A stretch of DNA of 64,000 bases from Lachnospiraceae bacterium. Its GTDB lineage: Bacteria; Bacillota; Clostridia; Lachnospirales; Lachnospiraceae. The stretch covers positions 630,019-694,018 of the forward strand of contig CAXXJM010000001.1 of the NCBI GenBank assembly GCA_963666475.2, given 5' to 3'. A program made the position numbers and the translations under genes. Of the stretch, positions 20,435 through 29,380 are shown in pieces. Under the pieces are notes generated by a model. It saw only the letters and a list, made by a program, of their open reading frames with translations. It was not told the DNA's origin and did no database searches. Each line of letters starts with the position of its first letter. The first letter of the stretch is position 1.

Positions 20435-21544
20435 CTACTTTTCTGAATAATTGATAAGACTTATCGATAATTCTAACGGATCTCTCGAACCATTAACTGT
20501 AGATGTTTGATGAAAATCCCACATGGTATATCGATACGGAATTTCTGCTTCTCGATTTCCATCTTGATTCAACCATATATCATACGACTGCAGCAATGAA
20601 AGATCCACTTCATCAATTAAAAACTCTGGATCCCCGTATATGCATACATTAAAACCAGCTTGCTTTAAAGTTGAAAGAAATGTGGCTGCAATGTTTGATC
20701 GGTCAATTCTCGATAATGCTTTCGTTCTTGAATCATCATCTTCAATACGATCCATCTCAAATGCTATGGGATAAGAAATCGTATATTCCCCAGCTAATTC
20801 AATTATCGTATAGGCTTCTTCCACTGCTTCTTCAACGGTGATCGCCTGTGATTTAAAAACCATTCCAATATGAAGCTTTGCATCAGAAGCATTTCGAATA
20901 TGACTCTTCGCATACTCGTCTAAAACAATCTGACCACTACTATAGCCTCTGCTTCCTGCATATACAATAACAAAATCATATCCATCTTTTTTCACTTTGT
21001 TAAAGTCAATATACGCATTTTCACTGGATACTTTTATTCCAATATAACTTTTTTGCTCATCTTCAAATTGATACAAAGAATTTTTTCCATCCAAAATAAA
21101 CTTGTCATATTCCAGAGTACTTAAGTGTAACGACTTATTAATACGATGTGTTTCTCGATAGCCATCGGATAACGTGATTCGAAAATATCCTGCGGGAATT
21201 GCTTCTTCAGTATCAGCTTTCTTCGTATCATCTGTAATTACTTCATCTGTTGACTCTGATTCTGTCATATCGCTAGTTTCATCCTCATTTGAATCTGAAT
21301 CTAAATCATCCCAGATCTGAAGTTCATCCGAAGTCAAACCATCATCTTCTACAATCTTAACATATTTACTTTCTTCTGGAACACTCGATGTATCCGCTTC
21401 CGTTTGTGTATTCTTATAATTTGAAAAAAGCACAAAAATAACGATGAGTGAACAAAAGAAAAACACCCAGGTTATCATCCTAGTTATTGTCCACCCATGT
21501 TTAATTTCGTGCTTTCCAAATGGATCATCATCTAATAATCGCAT
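20435..21544 (-). CDS. Membrane-anchored GH25 (lysozyme)-like protein with acidic linker
   Basis: N-terminal TM segment (ITWVFFFCSLIVIFVLF), D/E/S/T-rich linker, and a C-terminal ~200 aa with GH25-like pattern (YIGIKVSSENAYIDFNKVKKDGYDFVIVYAG...HIGMVF...PIAFEMD...YDIWLNQ). Confidence 0.55.
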   Translation of the reverse strand: MRLLDDDPFGKHEIKHGWTITRMITWVFFFCSLIVIFVLFSNYKNTQTEADTSSVPEESKYVKIVEDDGLTSDELQIWDDLDSDSNEDETSDMTESESTDEVITDDTKKADTEEAIPAGYFRITLSDGYRETHRINKSLHLSTLEYDKFILDGKNSLYQFEDEQKSYIGIKVSSENAYIDFNKVKKDGYDFVIVYAGSRGYSSGQIVLDEYAKSHIRNASDAKLHIGMVFKSQAITVEEAVEEAYTIIELAGEYTISYPIAFEMDRIEDDDSRTKALSRIDRSNIAATFLSTLKQAGFNVCIYGDPEFLIDEVDLSLLQSYDIWLNQDGNREAEIPYRYTMWDFHQTSTVNGSRDPLELSISLINYSEK

Positions 21545-21547
21545 AAT

Positions 21548-22165
21548 CTACCCTAGTTTTTTTTTGATATATTCTTTGACCATCGAAATGGCAATACTAT
21601 TTTCTCCACCTCTTGGAATAATAACATCAGCATACTTTTTAGATGGCTCCACATACTTTTCATGCATTGGCTTAACCGTTGTCTCATACTGGTTCAAAAC
21701 AGAATCAATGGTACGTGCACGTTCACGCATATCTCTTCGAATACGTCGCATAAGCCGTTCGTCAGCATCCGTGTCCACAAAAATCTTTAGATCCATCAAC
21801 TCTCTTAGTTTTTTATCCTGTAAAACCAAAAATCCATCCACTAAAACGACTTTAGCAGGGTTTACCTCAATCGTTTGATTTTTCACACGATTATGAATCG
21901 CAAAATCATACACGGGGACCTGAATTGGTTCTCCTTTTTGAATCTTTTTTAAATCTTCAATCAATGTTTCTGTTTCAAAAGAAGAAGGATGGTCATAATT
22001 TAGCTTCTCACGTTCTTCAAACGGAAGCTCATCATGAGAACGATAGTAAGAATCATGGCAAAGAATCGTAATATCCCCTCCAAACTCTTCTTTTAAGATT
22101 TTAACAATCGTTGTTTTTCCGGACGCAGAACCACCTGCAATACCCACTATTGTCACTTTATTCAT
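21548..22165 (-). CDS. udk: Uridine kinase
   Basis: 205 aa. P-loop GIAGGSASGKTT; DSYY and NYDHPSSF motifs. Confidence 0.9.
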   Translation of the reverse strand: MNKVTIVGIAGGSASGKTTIVKILKEEFGGDITILCHDSYYRSHDELPFEEREKLNYDHPSSFETETLIEDLKKIQKGEPIQVPVYDFAIHNRVKNQTIEVNPAKVVLVDGFLVLQDKKLRELMDLKIFVDTDADERLMRRIRRDMRERARTIDSVLNQYETTVKPMHEKYVEPSKKYADVIIPRGGENSIAISMVKEYIKKKLG

Positions 22166-22186
22166 ATGAAATTACTCCTCGATTAA

Positions 22187-22981
22187 TTAAGATTCTATTA
22201 TTATATCACGAGGACACTTAGAAACACAAATACCACAATTTGTACAAATCGAATAATCAATATGTGCACATAAATCATTCACGGTAATTGCATTTACAGG
22301 GCAATTTTTTTCGCATATTTTACAAGCAATACATCCAACCTCACAATTTTTACGAACGACCGGACCTTTATCTTTTGAAACACATGCTACTTTTTGAACT
22401 GCAGCATATGGAATCATTTCTATGATATTTCTTGGGCATGCACCAACGCACTTTCCGCATGCTTTGCACGCTTCTTTGTCAATTACTGCTATTCCATCAA
22501 CCATGTTAATCGCATCAAATTCGCAGGCATCCAAACAACTTCCATAACCAAGGCATCCATAAGAACAAGATTTACTTCCTCCTGTAACCATATTAGCCAT
22601 GTTACACTCTTGTACGCCATAATAATCAAATCTTTCGGTAGTCTTTTCACAAGTACCAGCGCACTGCACATATGCAACTTTTCGTTCGAGCTTTTCTGCT
22701 GTTGTACCCATAATTTCAGCAATTCTTATTGCACATGCTTCACCACCAACTGGACAAGCATTAACTGGAGCTTCTCCCTTTGCTATGGCAGTAGCAAGAC
22801 CAGCACATCCAGGGAATCCGCATGCACCACAATTATTACCAGGAAGAGCCTCTAGAACTTCTTCTTCACGTTCATCCACTTTTACTAAAAAAATTATTCC
22901 TGCAACACCTAAAAACAAACCAATTGCCAGGCCAACTCCGCCTACAAGGTACATTGCATGTAATATTGGGTCGAAATTCAT
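22187..22981 (-). CDS. rnfB: Rnf complex subunit B (polyferredoxin)
   Basis: N-terminal TM segment, NCGACGFPGC cluster motif, then several CxxCxxCxxxCP ferredoxin motifs. Confidence 0.9.
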   Translation of the reverse strand: MNFDPILHAMYLVGGVGLAIGLFLGVAGIIFLVKVDEREEEVLEALPGNNCGACGFPGCAGLATAIAKGEAPVNACPVGGEACAIRIAEIMGTTAEKLERKVAYVQCAGTCEKTTERFDYYGVQECNMANMVTGGSKSCSYGCLGYGSCLDACEFDAINMVDGIAVIDKEACKACGKCVGACPRNIIEMIPYAAVQKVACVSKDKGPVVRKNCEVGCIACKICEKNCPVNAITVNDLCAHIDYSICTNCGICVSKCPRDIIIES

Positions 22982-22993
22982 TTCTATTTCCTC

Positions 22994-23578
22994 CTACAGA
23001 AGGCCTTGAAAACCCATAAAAGCAATTGCCATAAGACCTGCTGTTACAAGTACGATTGGCATACCTTTAAAAGGTTTCGGCACATCATTATATTCCATCT
23101 GTTCTCTGATACCTGCAAGAATTACGATGACTAACGTAAAACCAATTGCAGTAGCTGCTCCATTTACTACACTGGTAACAATATCAAAATCTTTTTGAAT
23201 ATTTGTTAACGCAACTCCTAACACTGCACAATTTGTAGTAATCAAAGGAAGATATACTCCCAATGATTTGTATAAAGAAGGAATAAATTTCTTTAAAAAC
23301 ATTTCAACAAATTGAACCAGCGCTGCAATAATTAAAATAAAAGCAATGGTTCTTAAATAAGTCAATTCAAAAGGCTTTAGTATAAATTTATAAATTACAG
23401 CTGTTACAACTGAAGCCAGAGTCATTACAAAAATAACTGCCTCTCCCATACCTAACGCTGTTTTAATCTGTTTCGATACTCCAAGAAATGGACAAATTCC
23501 TAAAAACTGACTCAAAATAACATTGCTAACCAACGAAGAACTAATAGCTAGTAGCAATAAACTTGTAAAGTTTTCCAT
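22994..23578 (-). CDS. rnfA: Rnf complex subunit A
   Basis: 194 aa polytopic membrane protein with FLGICPFLGVS motif. Confidence 0.9.
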   Translation of the reverse strand: MENFTSLLLLAISSSLVSNVILSQFLGICPFLGVSKQIKTALGMGEAVIFVMTLASVVTAVIYKFILKPFELTYLRTIAFILIIAALVQFVEMFLKKFIPSLYKSLGVYLPLITTNCAVLGVALTNIQKDFDIVTSVVNGAATAIGFTLVIVILAGIREQMEYNDVPKPFKGMPIVLVTAGLMAIAFMGFQGLL

Positions 23579-24322
23579 TTATTTATCCTCCTTAACTTCT
23601 TGATTAAGATCCATAATTGTTATTTCATCATTTACCATTCCATGTTCAGCCGCACTAGAGCAGTTTGCACAGTTTCCGCTACATCCTGCTTGTACTTCTT
23701 TTACTGGTTTACCTTTTTTTGCAGCATTTTGACGAATTGCATTTTGTATCGCAGTTAAAATAGAAAGCACAAAGAATGCGCCTGGCGCGAGAATAAAGAT
23801 ACTAATAGGAACATAACCATCAGGCATGATGTGGACTCCAAAAACCTCTCCCGCACCAAGCAATTCACGAACTGCTCCAATACAAGTAAGTGCAAAAGAA
23901 AAACCTAACCCCATACCAAGACCATCAGCAACAGAAATAAATACTTTATTTTTTGATGCAAATGCTTCAGCTCGTCCCAAAATAATACAGTTAACTACAA
24001 TCAAAGGAATATAAATTCCTAAAGACTCGTACAAACTAAAAACATATCCTTTTAACAATAACTCAACAATCGTAACAAACGAAGCAATAATTACGATAAA
24101 TGCAGGGATACGTACTTTTCCAGGAATTACTTTACGGAAAAGAGAAATAATCAAATTACTCATTACAAGAACTACCGTAGTTGTCAGTCCCATACCCAAA
24201 CCATTCATCGCAGATGTTGTGACAGCAAGCGTAGGACACATACCAAGCATCAAAACAAATATTGGATTTTCAAAAATCAAACCATTTAAAAACTGTTTTC
24301 CAGCTTTATTCATTTGCCCCAC
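23579..24322 (-). CDS. rnfE: Rnf complex subunit E
   Basis: ENPIFVLMLGMCPTLAVTT motif. The Cys-rich C-terminal tail is unusual. A start at MNKAGK (24313) is also possible. Confidence 0.9.
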   Translation of the reverse strand: MGQMNKAGKQFLNGLIFENPIFVLMLGMCPTLAVTTSAMNGLGMGLTTTVVLVMSNLIISLFRKVIPGKVRIPAFIVIIASFVTIVELLLKGYVFSLYESLGIYIPLIVVNCIILGRAEAFASKNKVFISVADGLGMGLGFSFALTCIGAVRELLGAGEVFGVHIMPDGYVPISIFILAPGAFFVLSILTAIQNAIRQNAAKKGKPVKEVQAGCSGNCANCSSAAEHGMVNDEITIMDLNQEVKEDK

Positions 24323-24923
24323 CTCCTAATGTATTAAAATAGACAATTCCAGCATTTAATCCATTTGTAATGGCATTCGTTGTAATCGTTGCTCCACTCA
24401 TTGCATCAATTTGATTTGCTGCAACAGCACCTGTTTTTGTATATTCAAAATAAGCAACTTTTTTATCGGTTACCTGAGGTACAATTTCATCCTCAGCTCG
24501 CATTCCTAGCCCCGGAGTTTCTGCAATTGATAAAATAGACATCGCCTGTATTGTTCCGTCGGATGAAACTCCCATCATAAATGAAATATCTCCGTTATAC
24601 CCTTCATGTGTAATCACTTTCAGAACATATCCTAGAGAGTTGCCATCTACGTCAACTGCCTGAAAAACAGCATCGATTGTCTGATCTGGAAATCCATTTT
24701 CGTCTAAAAATGTTTCCGTATTTTCTACATTAAATTCTGTATCTTCCACAAAACTATAGGCGCTCGTAAACGCTTCTTGACATGCTTCAATTTTCAGCTC
24801 TTCTTCTTTCAAAGCAATTGGTCCTTTTGTATTCTCATATACAAATCCTAAAAGACCACCTGCAATTACCGTAATAACAACCAGAACAACTGTATTTTTC
24901 AATAATTCAACTAATTTTTTCAT
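24306..24923 (-). CDS. rnfG: Rnf complex subunit G (FMN-binding)
   Basis: N-terminal TM anchor; covalent-FMN motif MSGATITT. Confidence 0.9.
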   Translation of the reverse strand: MKKLVELLKNTVVLVVITVIAGGLLGFVYENTKGPIALKEEELKIEACQEAFTSAYSFVEDTEFNVENTETFLDENGFPDQTIDAVFQAVDVDGNSLGYVLKVITHEGYNGDISFMMGVSSDGTIQAMSILSIAETPGLGMRAEDEIVPQVTDKKVAYFEYTKTGAVAANQIDAMSGATITTNAITNGLNAGIVYFNTLGGGANE

Positions 24924-25852
24924 CGATTTTCGCCTCCCATTCCGAATGCTTTTGGACGAGTTGCTTTTTCAATCAACGGCACCACTAAATTTCCAATAAT
25001 AATCGCAAAGGATACACCTTCTGCAGATGCACCAAAAACTCTGAAAATTCCAGTTAACAGACCAATTAAAATACCAAATACAATTTTACCACTTTTTGTA
25101 TAAGGACTAGATGCATAATCAGTAGCCATAAAAAAAGCTCCCAGCATAAGTCCTCCACCACTTAACTGCGCAGTAATATAATCCGCATCCAAACCATGTC
25201 CACTAAAAACAATGATAAATATAACAAAAGTTATAATATAAGAACCAGGAATCCTTAAATCAATTACCCCCAAAGCTAAAAGGAACATTGCTCCAATCAA
25301 AATTGCAATAACGCTTGTTTCTCCAATTGTTCCACCAGTTTGTCCAGTTACCATATGTAACAAATTAACTTGCTCACCACTTTTTAATACAGCTAGTGGA
25401 GTTGCTCCCGAATAGATATCGGTTTGAAAATTTGTTGTATATGTTGCAAAAGAAACTAATAAAAAAGCTCGGCCAGCAAGTGCTGGATTCATAAAGTTTT
25501 GACCAATTCCTCCGAAAAGCATTTTCACAACAAGAATAGCAAATGCAGAACCCATTGCCCCCATCCATAAAGGAAGTGACACTGGTAGATTCAACGCTAG
25601 AAGCAATCCTGTTACAACAGCAGATAAATCTGAGATAGTTGATTTTCTTTTTGTTAATAATTCAAAAAGCAATTCAGAAAGAACTGCGGATACTACCGTC
25701 GTAAGAATCAAAAACAATGCTCTAATTCCAAAATTATAAATTCCAAATCCAGTTGCTGGAAGCAATGCCACTATAACAGCAAACATGATGTTCGATGTGG
25801 AAACTTTTGAACGAACATGCGGGTTAATTGATACTTTTAATTTTTCGCTCAT
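24920..25852 (-). CDS. rnfD: Rnf complex subunit D
   Basis: 310 aa polytopic membrane protein with flavinylation motif YSGATPLA. Confidence 0.9.
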   Translation of the reverse strand: MSEKLKVSINPHVRSKVSTSNIMFAVIVALLPATGFGIYNFGIRALFLILTTVVSAVLSELLFELLTKRKSTISDLSAVVTGLLLALNLPVSLPLWMGAMGSAFAILVVKMLFGGIGQNFMNPALAGRAFLLVSFATYTTNFQTDIYSGATPLAVLKSGEQVNLLHMVTGQTGGTIGETSVIAILIGAMFLLALGVIDLRIPGSYIITFVIFIIVFSGHGLDADYITAQLSGGGLMLGAFFMATDYASSPYTKSGKIVFGILIGLLTGIFRVFGASAEGVSFAIIIGNLVVPLIEKATRPKAFGMGGENR

Positions 25853-25861
25853 TTTTTCCCC

Positions 25862-27187
25862 CTATTTTTTCTTTCTATTATTTAGTTCCATACGTCTATA
25901 AGAACGAATGGTTTGCGTCAATTGTCGTTTTGCAGGACATACAAAACTGCAGCAACCACATTCACAACATTCCATACCATTAAATTGAATGAATTTTTCT
26001 CGATTATTATGTCTTGCAAATTCATCAAGTTTTGATGGTAATATTCTTCCTGGGCACACTTCTACACAACGTCCACAATGAATACAATTACTTTCGTCTT
26101 TTTTTGCCACATCATCTTCTGATAATAACAACAATGCAGATGAAATTTTTGTCGCAGGCACATCCATACTACAAATCGCAACACCCATCATTGGTCCTCC
26201 GGCAATTACTTTAACTGGATCATGATGAAGTCCACCAGCTTCTTCAATCAACTCACTATATAAAGTCCCAATATGTACTTCAAAATTCTGTGGTCGTTTT
26301 ACGGCTTTACCTGTTACAGTTACAGTTCTATAAATTAAAGGCTTTCTTTCAAGAACTGCTCTGCTAATCGCACATAAAGTATCAACGTTATCAACAATAC
26401 AACCTACATCAGCAGGCAGCATCGTAGAATTCAGCGAGCGATTTGTAGTCGCATAAATCAAATGTCTTTCAGAACCCTGTGGGTATTTTGTACGTAAAAC
26501 TTTTACTGAAATATTTGGTTCTTTCGCAGTCGCTGCTTGCATTATTTTCACAGCATCCATTTTGTTATCTTCTATAGCTATGATTCCTTTTGCATGATCG
26601 AACAAAGCCATTACTACTTTTAGACCTTTTACCAATTCTTCTGGTTGTTCAAGCATTTTTCGATAGTCCGATGTCAAATAAGGTTCACATTCTGCACAGT
26701 TTGCTATGATAAAGTCGATTTTATCAGGCTCTTTTGGAGATAGTTTGACATGTGTCGGGAAACCTGCGCCTCCCATTCCAACAACACCAGCCTCTTTCAC
26801 GCATGTTATGATTTCTTCTTTCGTGTATTCTTCCAATGCTTTCGGTGTAGCATATGTAGTTTCTTCAAATAAGCCATCATTTTCAATGATAATGCAATCC
26901 TGCATTACTCCGCCAATTACAAGTCTTGGTTCCACAGATTTTACTGTACCTGAAACACTTGCAAAAATAGGTGAAGACACAAAACCATTTGCTTCCGCGA
27001 TTTTTTGTCCAACTAAAACACGGTCACCTTTGTTTACAATGCAGGTAGCAGGTGCTCCAATATGCTGAGATAATGGATACACAAGTTCTCCTTTTGGATT
27101 AACATGTTTGATTGGTCTGTCTTTGGACATTTTTTTTCCGTCGAACGGGTGAATCCCACCCATGAAAGTCAATTTTGCCAAAATCAA
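25862..27187 (-). CDS. rnfC: Rnf complex subunit C
   Basis: GGIHP N-terminus, GMGGAGFPTH, and two C-terminal CxxCxxCxxxCP motifs. The ORF-track start at 27187 is a TTG only 1-2 nt after the AGAGGGA RBS, so TTG 27181 or ATG 27163 is more plausible. Confidence 0.9.
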   Translation of the reverse strand: MILAKLTFMGGIHPFDGKKMSKDRPIKHVNPKGELVYPLSQHIGAPATCIVNKGDRVLVGQKIAEANGFVSSPIFASVSGTVKSVEPRLVIGGVMQDCIIIENDGLFEETTYATPKALEEYTKEEIITCVKEAGVVGMGGAGFPTHVKLSPKEPDKIDFIIANCAECEPYLTSDYRKMLEQPEELVKGLKVVMALFDHAKGIIAIEDNKMDAVKIMQAATAKEPNISVKVLRTKYPQGSERHLIYATTNRSLNSTMLPADVGCIVDNVDTLCAISRAVLERKPLIYRTVTVTGKAVKRPQNFEVHIGTLYSELIEEAGGLHHDPVKVIAGGPMMGVAICSMDVPATKISSALLLLSEDDVAKKDESNCIHCGRCVEVCPGRILPSKLDEFARHNNREKFIQFNGMECCECGCCSFVCPAKRQLTQTIRSYRRMELNNRKKK

Positions 27188-27380
27188 TCCCTCTTCTTTC
27201 TTTTCTTTTATTAAAATATTACTAAAATATTACAATTTATATAATCATACATTAAAAGTGCTAGATTGTATACAGTATACCAAATTTATATTGTATTCTT
27301 TTTCAAACACTACACGAATACTTTTTTTTATGTTACTATATATCTACCAATGAATAACAATAATAGAAATGGAGTAACTT

Positions 27381-28496
27381 ATGAAAAATGTAACCGTTAA
27401 ATTAGACCATTATTCTGTACCTTATCCTTTAGATAAGTTCGCTCCTTTGGAGCAAATATTTTTCTTAGATATTGAAACCACAGGATTCACAGCAAAAGGA
27501 TCATCACTGTATTTAATTGGTGGTGCTTATTATAGTGAAGGTAGTTGGTATATCATACAATGGTTCGCAGAAAATTATTCTGAAGAATCAAAAATATTGG
27601 AGGCTTTCCGCGACTTCGTAAAAAATCATTCCTTCTTTATCCACTTTAACGGAAATAATTTTGATATTCCCTATTTAAGACAAAAAGCCAGAATGTTACA
27701 AATCGATATCCCTGCTCTTTCAAGCAATGGATTAGATATCTATCGACGAATATCTCCTTACAAAAGTTTTTTCAAACTTCCAAACTGCAAATTAAAGACC
27801 ATTGAAGATTATCTCCACGTTAACCGCGTGGATCGATATAACGGTAAGGAACTAATCACTTTTTATCACGACTATGTTGCATCTCCAGATCCGCATACAC
27901 TGGAACTATTACTTTTGCATAATGCAGATGATATGAAAGGAATGCTTGGAATTTTATCCATTCTTTCCATTACAGATTTATTTAACGACTCTGTTCACGT
28001 TGAAAAAGTACAAGCCTCTTCCTACACAAACTATAACAATGATAAGCGTAAAGAATTATATATTCAGTTGCGCTTACAAAACCCATTGCCAAAAAAAATC
28101 TCATCTTTTGTCGATCATTGTTATTTCTCTGGTGAACACGAAACAGCATCTTTGAGAGTCCCGATCTTCGAAGGTGAGTTAAAGTATTTTTACTCAAATT
28201 ATTCTGATTATTATTATCTTCCAGAAGAAGATACTGCCATTCATAAAGATGTGGCGATTTATGTTGATGCAGCGAGGAGAAAGAAAGCACAAGCTGCTAC
28301 CTGCTACACAAAACACAGCTCCACCTTTATTAGACAATGGAGCGTTCTAAAAGAACCCTTCTTTAAACCAAATTTCCAATCCAAAGATTTGTTCTTTGAA
28401 TTGACTGATGAAGTAAAACAAGATCGAGAATTGTTTAATCGATACGCTTCTCATGTACTCAGACACATGGTACAAGAAAGTAAAAATTTAGAATAG
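27381..28496 (+). CDS. RNase H-fold (YprB-like) predicted 3'-5' exonuclease domain protein
   Basis: FLDIETTGF and LLLHNADDMKG motifs, typical of the RNase_H_2/YprB family. I do not recognise the C-terminal ~170 aa. Confidence 0.6.
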   Translation: MKNVTVKLDHYSVPYPLDKFAPLEQIFFLDIETTGFTAKGSSLYLIGGAYYSEGSWYIIQWFAENYSEESKILEAFRDFVKNHSFFIHFNGNNFDIPYLRQKARMLQIDIPALSSNGLDIYRRISPYKSFFKLPNCKLKTIEDYLHVNRVDRYNGKELITFYHDYVASPDPHTLELLLLHNADDMKGMLGILSILSITDLFNDSVHVEKVQASSYTNYNNDKRKELYIQLRLQNPLPKKISSFVDHCYFSGEHETASLRVPIFEGELKYFYSNYSDYYYLPEEDTAIHKDVAIYVDAARRKKAQAATCYTKHSSTFIRQWSVLKEPFFKPNFQSKDLFFELTDEVKQDRELFNRYASHVLRHMVQESKNLE

Positions 28497-28559
28497 ACTT
28501 GCATGATTAACAAACTTTTAACAAAAATGTTAGGATTATCAAATTTTTAACAAATAAAA

Positions 28560-28587
28560 AAGGAGATGTGATTACTCACATCTCCTT
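28560..28587 (-). terminator. Terminator hairpin at the cheR 3' end, shared with the convergent RNase H-like gene
   Basis: AAGGAGATGTGA-TTAC-TCACATCTCCTT, followed by T6 on the minus strand. The hairpin contains the cheR stop codon. Confidence 0.65.
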
Positions 28588-29367
28588 CGTTATGGACTTT
28601 TCATAAAAAAATGAATTCATTCGTTTAAATCCTAATTCCTTATAATTGATAATCTGTTCTGTACTACCTATGAACAGAACTCCGTCATTCGCAAGCGAAT
28701 TTGAGAATTTTCTAAAAACCTCGTCTTTCGCCTCTTCTGTAAAGTATATTAATACATTTCTGCAAACAATCATATGATAATTGGTATCATACCGATCAAG
28801 TAATAAATTATGCTCACTAAAAGATACTCTACTCTTAATCTCTTCAGAAATCAAGTAGGAACTTCCGACTTTTGTAAAATACTTCTTTACAAATTCTTCT
28901 GGAACCGCTTTAATACTCTTCTCATTGTATAGTCCGGTCTTCGCATGTTCAATCACATTTTTATCTAAATCCGTAGCATGTATACGGATTCGAGACAACG
29001 GAATATGCTTTGAAAGTGCCATTACTAACGAATATGGTTCGTCACCAGTAGAACAAGCTGCACTCCAGATCTTCAAATCGTTTCCAAAACGTTTTGTCAA
29101 TTTTGGAATCACTTCAGCATCCAGGAAATCCCACTGATCTTTATTTCTGTAAAACTCAGAAACATTAATCGTAAGATAAGTGATAAATTCATCTAAAAGC
29201 TTTTTATCAGTAGAAATAGCTTTGATAAACATATCATAATCAGCTATCTTATGACGAAGCAAAAGCGCGTCAATACGACGCTTCATTTGCCGCTCTTTAT
29301 ATGCGCTCAAATCAATTTTTGTTAACGCATAAACTTTTTCTTTGAATTCTTCATAGGTTCGAATCAT
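28576..29367 (-). CDS. cheR: CheR-type protein-glutamate O-methyltransferase
   Basis: SAM-binding motif IWSAACSTGDEPYS, CRNVLIYF, GVLFIGSTE. Start moved to MIRTYEEF (29367); the longer ORF would overlap the S1 gene. Confidence 0.85.
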   Translation of the reverse strand: MIRTYEEFKEKVYALTKIDLSAYKERQMKRRIDALLLRHKIADYDMFIKAISTDKKLLDEFITYLTINVSEFYRNKDQWDFLDAEVIPKLTKRFGNDLKIWSAACSTGDEPYSLVMALSKHIPLSRIRIHATDLDKNVIEHAKTGLYNEKSIKAVPEEFVKKYFTKVGSSYLISEEIKSRVSFSEHNLLLDRYDTNYHMIVCRNVLIYFTEEAKDEVFRKFSNSLANDGVLFIGSTEQIINYKELGFKRMNSFFYEKSITKEM

Positions 29368-29380
29368 ATAATAGGTCCAT

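Noticed and set aside
28507-28553. Three copies of TTAACAA(A) at 28507, 28518 and 28547, resembling Rex half-sites.
   Set aside because: They lie in a convergent 3'-3' intergenic region with no promoter to regulate. There is no inverted partner at the correct 4-nt spacing, and AT-rich background makes chance occurrence likely.
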